From the NCBI GenBank assembly GCA_031409275.1, contig JANNXA010000022.1, positions 32,001-96,000 on the forward strand: a DNA stretch of 64,000 nt, read 5' to 3'. This DNA comes from Planctomycetota bacterium. Its GTDB lineage: Bacteria > Planctomycetota > B15-G4 > SIAN01. The notes below the pieces were generated by a model. It saw only the letters and a program-made list of their open reading frames with translations. It was not told where the DNA came from and ran no database searches. Both the position numbers and the translations under genes were made by a program. Shown piece after piece: positions 10,385 through 21,300 of this stretch. Position 1 is the first letter of the stretch. Each line of letters opens with the position of its first letter.

Positions 10385-13300
10385 ATGCGTCGAAACGCTT
10401 GGCGAGCTGAAGCGGCCGCCCTCGCCGCGGCGGCAATGGCGGTGGCGGCGTTCACCAGCTGCGGTGGTGGCGGTGGGGGTGGTGCGTCGCGTCCGAGCGG
10501 CGTCGACGATCCCGTCATCGTGCTGAGCGGACCGCCGGGCCGGCTGTCGCAATCGATCGACGAGGCGAACGTGGGGAACGGCGCCACTCCGCCGCCCGCG
10601 CTGACGCCGAGCGTGACGACCAGCAATCACTGGTTCCGTCTCGAGTTCCCGTTCCCGATCCAGCGCGCCGACCTGCTCGAGAACAGCGTCTTCACTGCGC
10701 CCTTCTCGTACCTGAACGGCGCGATCACCGTGAACGACCTCGTCGGCGATCACCTGCCCGGCCTCGCGATGGTGAACGGCATCGATGCGCTCGGCGTGAA
10801 CCACGCCAACGACCCCGGGTTCCCGCACGACGTGCAGGGCTCGGTGGACAAGAACCTCGGCAACAACGTCTTCCTCTACGTCGCCGACTCCGATCGCAAT
10901 CTGTCGACCTTCGCGACGTTCGGATTCGAGCTGAACGGTGTCACCAACGCCAAGGACGAGATCGCGTCGGTGACCGATCACGAGAACGGGACGCTCGACA
11001 CGGTCCGCATCACCGTCGCGAAGATCGACGGCTTCGAGTGGAACGCGGTCTGGACCTTCTCGATCGGCAACACCAATGATTCGCGGGTCCCGGACGTCGT
11101 GCGAATCGCCTCGGAGACGCGCAGTCCGCTCGATCCGCTGAATCCGGGGTCGATCGATGTTTCCGGATCGTTCATCGTCGAGTTCTCGGAGCCGGTGGTG
11201 CCGCGCAGCGTCGGCGACTCGCCGATCTTCGGCGTCGACAGTTTCTTCGGCAACACGCCGCGGACGCCGCGCTTCATCGTCGGCACCACGTTGCCGAACC
11301 TCCCGTATCCCAACACGTTCGTGACGGCGACGGTCAACACGTCGATCGGGGCGCTCTTCGTCCCCTTCGACTGCCGGCCGCTCAACTCGAACAACCTCGC
11401 CACCTACCGCCTGCGTCCGCTGATCGATCTGCCGCCCAACAGCAGCATCGACGTCGGCGTGCGCGCGCTCGTGCTGAACACGAATTCCGTCACTGGTGCC
11501 GCGGATGCGGTTCGGGATCTCAGTGGCAACTCCTATCCCGGCGAGCTCGCGGACATCGACGGTGACGGGATCCTCGACCCGATCAACTTCACCAGCACCT
11601 TCGTGAGTGGACCAGGTGCCGGTCTCGTGAACATCCCGGTCTCGCCAGAAGTCGTCTACTGGTTGCCGACGACGGGCGACGGCATCGGCGCCATCGACCT
11701 GAACGGCCGCGGTGTCACCACGAACACACCTGGCGCGAACATCAACGATCCCGAGAAGGCGTTCATCATCACGCAGCTCTGGTTGAACGCTGCCGGATGC
11801 GAGGTGCACCCGGGCGGGCTGAATCTCGCCAACGGGATCGCGCTCGAGGGCTATCCAGGCAGCGATGCGACGCCGCTCGATCCGTGCACTGGTCTGGCGA
11901 TGGTCGAGTTCGGCCACAACCGATACCTCTACCCCGTCGGCACCGGCGCCTACGCCTACGGCCCCGGCCCGAACGCGCTCCGTGGTCAGCCTTGGTTCGC
12001 CCCCAACGACCCGGGCAACCCAGGCACGCCGTTTCCTGGTGTGAACGAGGGTTCGAGCGGCTTCGAAACGCTTTGCCGCGACAGCACCGGCGACGTCATC
12101 CTGACCGGGCGGCAGTTCGGCCGCGTCGGAACCGTGAATGACCTGATCGTCGGTGAGTTCCTCGACCTCGTCTACTTCGACCAGGCGAGCACCAGGACCA
12201 ATCCGCTCCTCCATGTGACGATCTGGAACTCGGGGCGTCCCCACACGCTGACCGGTCGCGGGAACACGATCGCCGACCCGCCGACGCCCAACCCGCCGCC
12301 TCTGCGCTACTGGTTCGGGTTGCCGGAGATCGGGACGGTTCCCGACCGCGTGAACCCCGAGAACCCGCCGCTCCTGATCGAGGGCGAAGAGGTGTTCCTC
12401 GGGCCGCGCGGCGGCAGTGGTTACGTGCAACTCCAGCCCAACGAGATCCGGCCTGACGCGCCCGATCAGACCGTGTTCCCGCACATCGGGCACGGTCCGG
12501 GCCTGCAGTCGTCGAGCGCCGCCTTCACCTACTCGTCGCGCCAGCAGATCGGCAACTTCCTCTACGCGACGGACAGCACGAATGGTGTCGTGCAGGTCAT
12601 CAACAGCAACACGATGCGCGTCATCTCGAGCATCTCGACGCCGAATCCGACCGGGCTTGCGATCGCGCCCGACATGTCCAAGCTCTACGTGTCGAACTTC
12701 GGTTCGAACAACGTTTCGATCATCGGAACGAATCCGCTCGGCAACGACTTCCATCGCGAGATCGCGCGCATCGCGGTCGGCGAAGGCCCGCGAGCGATCT
12801 GCGTGCAGCCTGAGCACGAAGAGATCCTCGTCTGCAACTACACCGGGAACACGGTCTCGCTGATCTCGAGCGTGGACTTGAGCGTCCGCAAGACGCTCGA
12901 CGCGCTGATCAGCGGCCCCTACGACATCGAGGCGTCGCCGCGCCAGATCACTCCCTTCTCTCCGAGCCCCAACAACCCGACGCAGATCGGCTGGGCGTGT
13001 GGCCTCTACTTCGCCTACGTCTCGAACTTCAACGGCAACACGGTCGTCGTCTACGAGTCGGGGCCGGATGGATCGCAGGGCATCGGCATCGACAACGTCC
13101 GCGGTTCGCTTCCGAGCGATGACGCGGCCGGCGAGCTGCTGGCGCCCCGTGGCCTCTGCTACGACCCGTTCCCGAATCCTTCGGGGCTTTCCGCCGGCGG
13201 TTGCTTCGTGGCTCACCGTGACGCCGAAGGACGCGGTCGGGTGAGCGAGATTCAGTTCACCGTCCAGGCGCAGCTCGGGCCGTTGCCGATTCAGGCGCCG

Positions 13301-13708
13301 CCGGGGCTCACGACTCCGCCGGGATTCCTCGATCGAGTCTTCCAGATCGTGAAGACGTGGGGGAACCTCGACACCGCCCGCTTCATCGGGATCTCACCGA
13401 CCGACGTGACGTTGTCGGACCTGTCGACGGCGGCGTGGCAGGCGCGACCGTCGGGGGCGCCCAACCTCGGTTGCGTTTCGATCCCGCCGACGGTGGCCCT
13501 GACCGGCGCGATCAACTCGAAGAACCCGATGCGGCTCAACACTCCGTTCTGCTTCCCGGCGGTCACGCCCGATCGCCTCTACGTCTCGTTCGAGGACGTG
13601 GGCGCGGTGCAGGTGCTGAGCCCCGCTGTCCCCGGAACGATCCTGCGGACCATCACTGATCCTGGCGTCGGTGGCGTTCGAAAGGTCGTTTCGTACTGGC
13701 GGCAGTAG
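10385..13708 (+). CDS. Large lipoprotein, paralog 1 (putative Ig-like regions plus YVTN-like beta-propeller)
   Basis: GGAGAG before ATG 10385; lipobox FTS-C then G7; blades PTGLAIAPDMSKLYVSNFGSNNVSII and VGEGPRAI..ILVCNYTGNTVSLI; colinear with paralogs 2 and 3. Confidence 0.85.
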   Translation: MRRNAWRAEAAALAAAAMAVAAFTSCGGGGGGGASRPSGVDDPVIVLSGPPGRLSQSIDEANVGNGATPPPALTPSVTTSNHWFRLEFPFPIQRADLLENSVFTAPFSYLNGAITVNDLVGDHLPGLAMVNGIDALGVNHANDPGFPHDVQGSVDKNLGNNVFLYVADSDRNLSTFATFGFELNGVTNAKDEIASVTDHENGTLDTVRITVAKIDGFEWNAVWTFSIGNTNDSRVPDVVRIASETRSPLDPLNPGSIDVSGSFIVEFSEPVVPRSVGDSPIFGVDSFFGNTPRTPRFIVGTTLPNLPYPNTFVTATVNTSIGALFVPFDCRPLNSNNLATYRLRPLIDLPPNSSIDVGVRALVLNTNSVTGAADAVRDLSGNSYPGELADIDGDGILDPINFTSTFVSGPGAGLVNIPVSPEVVYWLPTTGDGIGAIDLNGRGVTTNTPGANINDPEKAFIITQLWLNAAGCEVHPGGLNLANGIALEGYPGSDATPLDPCTGLAMVEFGHNRYLYPVGTGAYAYGPGPNALRGQPWFAPNDPGNPGTPFPGVNEGSSGFETLCRDSTGDVILTGRQFGRVGTVNDLIVGEFLDLVYFDQASTRTNPLLHVTIWNSGRPHTLTGRGNTIADPPTPNPPPLRYWFGLPEIGTVPDRVNPENPPLLIEGEEVFLGPRGGSGYVQLQPNEIRPDAPDQTVFPHIGHGPGLQSSSAAFTYSSRQQIGNFLYATDSTNGVVQVINSNTMRVISSISTPNPTGLAIAPDMSKLYVSNFGSNNVSIIGTNPLGNDFHREIARIAVGEGPRAICVQPEHEEILVCNYTGNTVSLISSVDLSVRKTLDALISGPYDIEASPRQITPFSPSPNNPTQIGWACGLYFAYVSNFNGNTVVVYESGPDGSQGIGIDNVRGSLPSDDAAGELLAPRGLCYDPFPNPSGLSAGGCFVAHRDAEGRGRVSEIQFTVQAQLGPLPIQAPPGLTTPPGFLDRVFQIVKTWGNLDTARFIGISPTDVTLSDLSTAAWQARPSGAPNLGCVSIPPTVALTGAINSKNPMRLNTPFCFPAVTPDRLYVSFEDVGAVQVLSPAVPGTILRTITDPGVGGVRKVVSYWRQ

Positions 13709-13745
13709 GCGATCGACTCGTCGATCGATTCCGGCGCACGATCGG

Positions 13746-13788
13746 CTCGGCTCGCGGCGACCCAACGTCGTCGCGAGCCGAGTTCATT
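13746..13788 (+). terminator. Putative intrinsic terminator after paralog 1
   Basis: CTCGGCTCGCGGCGA-CCCAACG-TCGTCGCGAGCCGAG forms a 15-bp stem with one G-U pair, followed by TTCATT. Confidence 0.5.
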
Positions 13789-14155
13789 CCGGCGACTGCT
13801 TGACGCGTCCGGTGCTGGGGGCCGCGGCACGGCGGCGACGGAGCGGAGTGACCCCGGTCGGTCGGGTGGACTAGAAGCCAACTCGACTCCTTCCAGGGGG
13901 GCGTCGGCTTCGAGCGAGCGGATTCGCGCGAGTCGCCGCTCGTTGCCGTTCCTCGGGGAAGTTTCGGGGCGCCAGCGCATCCGGCACGGGGGATGCTGAA
14001 CTAGAAGGTGCGAGTGGGCGAGGAGCCGGGGGGCCCCGGGGAGTTTTTTGACCCTTCTCTGGGGCTCCCCGATAAAACCTCTCCCTTTCGCGGCTACCGC
14101 CAACAAGCCTGCGGTGACCATCCGTTCGACCGAGCGATGTAGGAGAACGAGCGCA

Positions 14156-17100
14156 ATGCGAGCGATGCCGATCCGTCTCTCGACGAGAGTGCTCGGGGTG
14201 TCCAGCGGGGCGCTGTTGCTGACCAGCTTGCTGCAGGGGTGCGGCGGCGGCGGCGGCGGCGGCACCTCCAACGCAGGCGGCAACGTGAATGACGTCCCGT
14301 TCCTGCTGGTGGGTACGCCCGGAAAACTGTCGCAGACACCCACCGAGGCGAACGCGGGCGCCGGTCTCGCGCCGCCCCCGACGTTTGCCACGACGGTGAC
14401 CACGGACAACCACTGGTTTCGAATCGAGTTCCCGTTCGACATCGAGGCGAACACGATCCTCGACTCGACCGCGAACCTGGCGCCGTTCTCCTACTTGAAC
14501 GGCAACATCACGATCGTCGACGTGAATGGCGCGCATGTTCCTGGGCTCGCGTTGGTGAACGGTCGCGACGCATTCGGCGTCGATCGCAGCTCCAACCCAG
14601 GATTCCCGCATGACCTGACGACGAGCGGGCGCGACTTGAACCTCGGCAAGCGCGTCTTCCTCTTCGTCGCCGACGTCGATGGCAACCTCGCGACTCCTGC
14701 GGCGTTCGGCGGATATCTGCCGGATCCGAACAACGCGAACGGAATCATCGAATCGACCACCTCGATCCTCGATTCGGTGCGCATCAACGTCTTCTCGATC
14801 AACGGGATCACCACGGAAGCGGCGTGGACCTTCTCGATCGGCAACACCGACACGCGGCAGCCGTTCGTGATCTCGATCGGGTCGGAGGAGCGCAGTCCTC
14901 TTGATCTGCTGAACCCGAATTCGACCTCGTCCTCCGGCGCGCTGATCGTCCAGTTCTCCGAGGCGATGGTCCCGCGGACGGTCGGGCGTTCGGCGGTCCT
15001 CGACGGCGCTCCGTTCGACGGGAACATGCCCAATCCGATCCTCTCGGCGAACCTGCCGCCGACGGCGATCATCGCGACGGTCAACCTGAACGTCGGCACC
15101 TTGTTCGTGCCGTTCGATTGTGCGCCGCTCAACATCAACAACCTCACGACCTACCGCCTTACTCCGCTGATCCCGTTGCCGTCGAACTCGTCGATCGACG
15201 TGTTGATTCGAAGCTTCACGACGAACAACGTCTCCGCGACCGACCTGTCGGGCAACAGCTACGACGGCCAGGACACGACCGGGGACGGCGTCGGCGATTC
15301 GGTCGACCATTCGGTGACCTTCGCAGTGGGGCCGGGGCCGGCGGTTGCGAACGTTCCGGTCTCGCCGGAGGTCATCTACTTCGCGCCTTCTTCCGGTGAC
15401 GGAATCGGCGCCATCGACCTGAACGGCAACGGCTTCACGACGAACACTCCTGGCGCGAATGCCGGCGATTTCTCGGTCGCTCCGATCGTGACGCTGCAGT
15501 GGCTCGATACGCAGGGCTGCGAGACGCAGCCCGGCGGCCTCAACCTCGCGAACGGGATCGGGCTGATCGGCTATCCCGGCAACTCTCCGACGCCGACCGA
15601 TCCCTGCACGCTCGTTCCGATGGTCGAGTTCGCCCACAACCGCTACTACTACCCCGTCGGCCTCGGCAGCTTCCCGTTCGGGCCGGTCGCCAATGCGGCG
15701 CGCGCCAACTCGGGCGGCGCCTTCCCCGACGAGTGGTTCGCCCCCAACGATGCCGGCAATGCCGGAACTCCGGTTCCTGGCGTGAACGAGGGATCGAGCG
15801 GCTTCGAGACGATCTGCCGTGACAGCAACGGCGAAGCGATCCTCACCGGGCGCGAGTTCGGCGTCGTCGGCAACGTGCAGGACATGATCGTCGGCGACTT
15901 CCTCGACCGCGTCTACTTCGACCGCTTCAACCTGCGCGCGCAGACGGGGCTGCACATCAGCTTCTTCGGCGGCGGCGCGAGCACGCTCGGCCGCAACCTG
16001 ATCTCCGATCCGCCGATCCCCAACCCGCCGCCGACCCGTTACTGGGTCGGGCTGCCGCAGGTCGACGTCAATTTCGACGCGAACTCTCCGGGCACTCCCG
16101 GCGTGTTGATCGAGGGCGACGAAGTCTGGACCGGGCCGCGTCCGAATGGCCCGGCCGCCGTCTCAGGCGTCCTCGGCGCCGGCGACACTGCGCGGGCCTT
16201 CAACGGCTATCTGCACCTCCGCAGCAATCCGATCTCGGCAAACTCGCACGACATCCAGCTTCTCCCCTTCGCCGTTGGCCCTGCGAAGGGGTGCCTTGGC
16301 AACGGCCCCGGCCACCAGTCCGCCACGTCGGCGTTCTCCTTCGCGTCGCGCCAGCAGATCGGCAACTTCCTCTATGTGACGGACGCCTCCTCCCGCGAGG
16401 TTCAGGCGGTCAACTCGAACACGATGCGCGTGATCTCGAGCATCTCGTTGCCCGACCCGACCGGACTCGCGATGTCGTCGGACATGGAGTTCCTCTACGT
16501 CACGAACTTCTCCAACGACAGCCTCTCGGTGGTGTCGTGCGACCCGACGTCGCCGCAGTTCCACCGCGAGATCGCGCGAGTTCCGTGCGGCATCGGTCCG
16601 CGCGCCATCGCCGTTCAGTCGGAGAACGAAGACATCTTCGTTTGCAACTACCTCGGCAACACGGTGTCGATCATCAACCCGGCGTCGCTCACCGTGCGCA
16701 AGACGCTCGACGCGCTGATCAGCGGTCCATGGGATGTCGAGGTGGCGCCGCGCCAGGAGCAGCCGAGTGCCCCGCACCCGTCGGGTTGGGCTTGCGGCCT
16801 CTACTTCGCGTACGTGTCGAACCTGATCGGCAATACGGTCGTCGTCTACGAATCAGGGCCGGACGGGCCGCGCGGTATCGGCATCGACAACATTCGCGGC
16901 TCGCTCCCGAATGACGACAACAGCGAGGAGCTCGTCGCGCCGCGCGGACTCTGCTTCTCGCCGTTCGCCAACCCGCTCGGGCTCTTCGCCGGTGGCGTCT
17001 TCGTCGCCCACCGTGACGCCGACGGCAACGGCCGCGTCTCGCACATCCAGTTCACCCAACAGGCGCTGTTCGGCCCGCTTCCGATCCAGGTGCCTCCCGG

Positions 17101-17503
17101 CTTCTTCCTTCCGCCTGGCTTCACCGATCGCGTCTTCGAGATCACTTCGACCTGGGGCGCCACGGCAAACTCCGTGTTGGCCGGTGACCTGCCGACGGAC
17201 GTCTGTCTCGCGGACATGAACACGGCGGGCTACCAGAGCAATCCGTCGGCGGCACCGAACTTCGGCGGGGTTGGCGATGCGCCGCAGCCGGAACGTTCGG
17301 GTGGAGTGAACTCGAAGAACTTCCTCCGCCTCGTGTCGTTCGGGGCGTCGATGGCGATCGTTCCCGACCGCCTCTACGTCAGCTTCGACGACACCGACCA
17401 GATTCAGGTGCTGTCGCCGACGCAGGCGGGATTGGTGCTGAAGACCATCGACGGCCACGGCGGTACGGGCACGAAGAAGCTCGGCGCCTTCTGGCGGCAG
17501 TGA
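14156..17503 (+). CDS. Large lipoprotein, paralog 2
   Basis: AGGAG 10 nt before ATG 14156; lipobox LQG-C then G7; same motif order as paralog 1; ends FWRQ. Confidence 0.85.
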   Translation: MRAMPIRLSTRVLGVSSGALLLTSLLQGCGGGGGGGTSNAGGNVNDVPFLLVGTPGKLSQTPTEANAGAGLAPPPTFATTVTTDNHWFRIEFPFDIEANTILDSTANLAPFSYLNGNITIVDVNGAHVPGLALVNGRDAFGVDRSSNPGFPHDLTTSGRDLNLGKRVFLFVADVDGNLATPAAFGGYLPDPNNANGIIESTTSILDSVRINVFSINGITTEAAWTFSIGNTDTRQPFVISIGSEERSPLDLLNPNSTSSSGALIVQFSEAMVPRTVGRSAVLDGAPFDGNMPNPILSANLPPTAIIATVNLNVGTLFVPFDCAPLNINNLTTYRLTPLIPLPSNSSIDVLIRSFTTNNVSATDLSGNSYDGQDTTGDGVGDSVDHSVTFAVGPGPAVANVPVSPEVIYFAPSSGDGIGAIDLNGNGFTTNTPGANAGDFSVAPIVTLQWLDTQGCETQPGGLNLANGIGLIGYPGNSPTPTDPCTLVPMVEFAHNRYYYPVGLGSFPFGPVANAARANSGGAFPDEWFAPNDAGNAGTPVPGVNEGSSGFETICRDSNGEAILTGREFGVVGNVQDMIVGDFLDRVYFDRFNLRAQTGLHISFFGGGASTLGRNLISDPPIPNPPPTRYWVGLPQVDVNFDANSPGTPGVLIEGDEVWTGPRPNGPAAVSGVLGAGDTARAFNGYLHLRSNPISANSHDIQLLPFAVGPAKGCLGNGPGHQSATSAFSFASRQQIGNFLYVTDASSREVQAVNSNTMRVISSISLPDPTGLAMSSDMEFLYVTNFSNDSLSVVSCDPTSPQFHREIARVPCGIGPRAIAVQSENEDIFVCNYLGNTVSIINPASLTVRKTLDALISGPWDVEVAPRQEQPSAPHPSGWACGLYFAYVSNLIGNTVVVYESGPDGPRGIGIDNIRGSLPNDDNSEELVAPRGLCFSPFANPLGLFAGGVFVAHRDADGNGRVSHIQFTQQALFGPLPIQVPPGFFLPPGFTDRVFEITSTWGATANSVLAGDLPTDVCLADMNTAGYQSNPSAAPNFGGVGDAPQPERSGGVNSKNFLRLVSFGASMAIVPDRLYVSFDDTDQIQVLSPTQAGLVLKTIDGHGGTGTKKLGAFWRQ

Positions 17504-17519
17504 GCTGCGGAACGCACCG

Positions 17520-18371
17520 ATGCAGCGCCTCGATCCACGCCAGAAGTCGGGAGCCGACGTGCGACGCATGTTCGATGCGATCGCGCCGAGGTACGACCTC
17601 CTGAATCGCGTGCTCTCCGCTGGGAGTGACGTGCGCTGGCGCCGACTGGCGGTGGCTCGTGCCTTGGCGGGATTGGAAGGTGCGCTGGTCGCGGATGCGT
17701 GCTGCGGCACCGGCGACCTCGCGATCGAGCTTGCGCGCGACGCGAGGACGCGACGAGTGGTCGGTTTCGACTTCGCGCAAGCCATGCTGGCGCGCGCGCA
17801 TGCGAAACGACCGGAAGGGGCGAAGGCCGACTTCGCCGTCGCCGATGCCCTGAAGTTGCCGGCGCGCAGCGGCAGTTTCGATGCGGTGACGGTCGCATTC
17901 GGGCTGCGCAACGTGGTCGAGCCACGCGCCGGGATCGCGGAGTTGTGCCGGTTGCTGCGCCCCGGCGGCCGTTTGATCGTGCTCGAGTTCTTCACGCCGG
18001 AAGGTGGGTTCTGCGGGTCGCTGTTCCGCGCCTACTTCCGTCATGTACTGCCGCGTATCGGGCGACTCGTCGCTCGCGGCGCTGCGGTCGACGCCTACCG
18101 CTACTTGCCGGAGTCGGTGGAGTCGTTTGCGCGAGTGGAGGAGGTGGCGAACTGGTTCGCCGCTTCCGGTTGCGAGGAGGTCTGCTGCGAGCGCCTGCTG
18201 TTTGGCGCCGTCGGCCTGATCTCCGGAGTGAAGCGCGTCGCCGCGGGGCAAGCCGCGGGGCAAGTGATGGGAACGACGCGCGTGTTGGGTGGCTTGACTT
18301 CGACTTCGACGACGCGCCGCAAGGCGCCCGTGCCGTACCTTGGAGATTCGCCGTGTTCGGAGAATCCATGA
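17520..18371 (+). CDS. menG: Demethylmenaquinone/ubiquinone methyltransferase (UbiE/MenG)
   Basis: MFDAIAPRYDLLNRVLS, DACCGTGDL, FGLRNV, LRPGGRL and AYRYLPESV. Confidence 0.9.
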   Translation: MQRLDPRQKSGADVRRMFDAIAPRYDLLNRVLSAGSDVRWRRLAVARALAGLEGALVADACCGTGDLAIELARDARTRRVVGFDFAQAMLARAHAKRPEGAKADFAVADALKLPARSGSFDAVTVAFGLRNVVEPRAGIAELCRLLRPGGRLIVLEFFTPEGGFCGSLFRAYFRHVLPRIGRLVARGAAVDAYRYLPESVESFARVEEVANWFAASGCEEVCCERLLFGAVGLISGVKRVAAGQAAGQVMGTTRVLGGLTSTSTTRRKAPVPYLGDSPCSENP

Positions 18372-21300
18372 CTCGCGATTGGACGCGGAAGGGGTGGTTC
18401 ATCGGAGCCGCTCTCCTGGCCACGCTCGGGGTGTCGGCATGTGGCGGCGGGGGCGGCGGGTCGGGCGGATCGCGGGGCGATGAGCTCACCGACCCGGTGA
18501 TCGCGCTGTTCGGTCCGACCGGCAAGTACTCGCAAACGCCGACCGAGGCCAACTCCTCTGGCGGTGCGATCAAGCCGCCGTCGATGCCGACCGGCACGAC
18601 GACGAACCAGTTCCTGCGCCTCGAGGTGCCGTTCGTCGTCGACCGTCGCGACATCGTGTCGCCCGATCCGGTCTACCGCCCGTTCTCCCAACTGACGGGC
18701 AACCTGGTGGTGACGGACTCGACTGGCGCGCACGTGCCCGGTGTCGCTGTCGTCAACGGCATCGATGCGTATGGCAAGTTCCGCGGCAACGACCCGGGGT
18801 TCCCGAAGGACCTCTCCGGCAGCGGTGCCGACCGCAACCTCGGTGCTGGCGTCATCCTCTACATCGCCGATGACGGGGATGGTGACCTGTCGACGGTCGC
18901 CGCGTTCGGCGGCAGCTCTTCCGATTCGGACTCGAGCCCGACGACAACGGACCTGACGTCGCTGCGCATCTCGCTGAACGACCTGAACGGTCGCTCCATC
19001 GACGCCTTCTACACCGTCACCATCGCCAACAGCGCATTGGGCGACACCGTCGGACCGAGCGTCGTGTCGATCACCGCCGAGTCGGTGGACCCGCTCGACC
19101 CGCTGAATCCGGCCAAGTGCTCGACGAGCTCGCGTTTCATCATTCGCTTCAACGAGCCGTGCGTGCCGACCACGGTCGGCAAGTCGGCGACGCTCGACGG
19201 CACCCCGTTCATCGGCAACCTGCCGCGGCTCGGTCTCCCGGGTTCGCCGCCGCCGAAGCCGCTTCCGAATACGCACATCACGGCGACGCTGAACGTCAAC
19301 CGTTCGCAGCTCTTCCTGCCGTGCGACATCCGGCCGCTCAACTCGAACAACCTCGCGACCTACATCGTGACGCCGCTCGTCGATCTGCCGGCGCAGCGCA
19401 CGATCAACATCGTCGTCGTCGATGCGAACGCCAACCGCGACGCGAATCTCACGCAGTTCGGTGCGATCGACCTCGTCGGCAACTTCCACACGCCCGGCGC
19501 TGACGCTCGCGGCATCTTCACCGTGGCGAAGGGGCGAGCGCCCGCTTGTGCCCCGGTCTGCCCGGAAGTCTTCTACTGGCTGCCGGTCAGCGGAAGTGGC
19601 CTCGGCGCCGTCGACCTGAACGGTCAGGGATTCACCACCAACACGCCCGGACACGGCGCGAGCGACTACCACTTCGCCTCGCTCATTTCGCGGGTCGCCA
19701 ACACCACCAGCGCGGTCGGCATCCTCGGCAGCGGCAACCGCTACTCCTGGCCGGTCGGAACCGGGAGCTTCATCTACGGTCCTGGTTTCTCGATCGGCGG
19801 CCAATCGTGGCAGGGCGCGCCGAGCGATCAGGGCAACAGCGGCACTCCGATCCCCGGCATCAATGAGAGGTCGTCCGGATTCGAGACGCTCGTTCGCAAC
19901 GCCGACGGGGACGTGATCCTGACCGGCACGAACAACGGCACGCTCGGAACGGTGGCCGACATGGTCGTCGGCGACTTCCTCGACGCCGGGATCTCCGACA
20001 CGCTGAGCTTGTTCAACAACCCCGGCTTCCACACCTCGTTCTTCTGGGGCGGTGGCTTGTCGCGCAACGCGCTCGGCGATCCGCCGATCCCCAACCCGCC
20101 GCCGCTGCGTTATTGGGTCGGACTGAACCCGATCGACATCCTGATCGATCAGAACAACCCGCTCGGCAAGGCGCGCATGATCGAGGGCGAAGAGGTCTGG
20201 TCGGGCACATTGAGCAGCTACTCCTTCGTCGTTCCCGACGCGATCAACCCGGTCGATGTCGACGATCGCCCGACCGGCGGCGCTGTGAACGGTCCGAATC
20301 CGCAGTCGGCCACGGCCGCCGTCGCCTACGCGGCACGCCAGCAGGTCGGCAACTTCCTCTACGTGGTCGACGCGACGGCGGGGCTCCTACAGGTCGTCAA
20401 CTCGAACACCTTCCAGATCATCACTACGCTCGACCTCCCGGGTCCTTCGGGCGTCGCGGTGATGCCGAACAATCGCTTCATCTTCACCGCGAACGCGGGC
20501 AACGACACGATGTCGGTGATCGGCTCCGATCCGACGCAGCCCGACTTCCACACCGAGATCGCGCGGGTCCCGGTCGGTCGCGGTCCAACCACGATCTCCT
20601 GCCAGGGCAACGGCGAGGATGTGTTCGTCGTGAATGCGCTCGACAACACCATCAGCATCGTCGAGCTCGGCACGCTTACCGTGCGCAAGACTCTCGACGC
20701 CCTCATCGACGGGCCGCGCGAAGTCGTGCTGACGGCTCGCCAGAACGGCTTCGGATGGAGCGCCGGCGTCTACTTCGGCTACATCGCCAACTTCACCGGG
20801 AACAACGTCGTCGTCTACGAATCCGGCCCCGACGGTCCGCAGGGCATCGGCTGCAACAACGTGCTCGGGTCGCTGCCGACGACCGGAAGCGACGTGGAGA
20901 TCTTCGAGCCGCGCGGGCTCGTCTATTCGCCGTACGCCAACGACCAGGGGCTCTATGCGGGCGGCGTCTACGTGACGCACCGCGACAACTCCGGCGCGGG
21001 GATGATCAGCCACATCCAGTTCACCCACCAGGCGCTCTTTGGTCCGCTGCCGTGCGTGTTGCCGCCGGGCAACTTCTTCATCCCGCCAGGCTTCAACGTG
21101 CGCGAGTTCGAGGTGGTCGGCCAGTGGGGCGCCAGCGGTCAGACGCCGCTGCTCGGCAGCAAGCCGAGCTCCGTCGTCCTCACCGACTTCCGCTACGACT
21201 CCTACTCGCTGCTCACGACCCAGCCGCCGAGCCAGGACGGTCGCGGCACGCCGGGATTCGGCGGCAAGAACACGCGCCACCCGATCCAGTTCGTGCAACC

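Noticed and set aside
13878..13888. 11-mer CCAACTCGACT shared with the rpmF leader (45519-45529)
   Set aside because: It is short, the flanks do not align, and it is plausibly chance.
17699..18367. Apparent N-terminal extension of paralog 3
   Set aside because: It overlaps menG out of frame. The lipoprotein signal and SD place the start at 18368.
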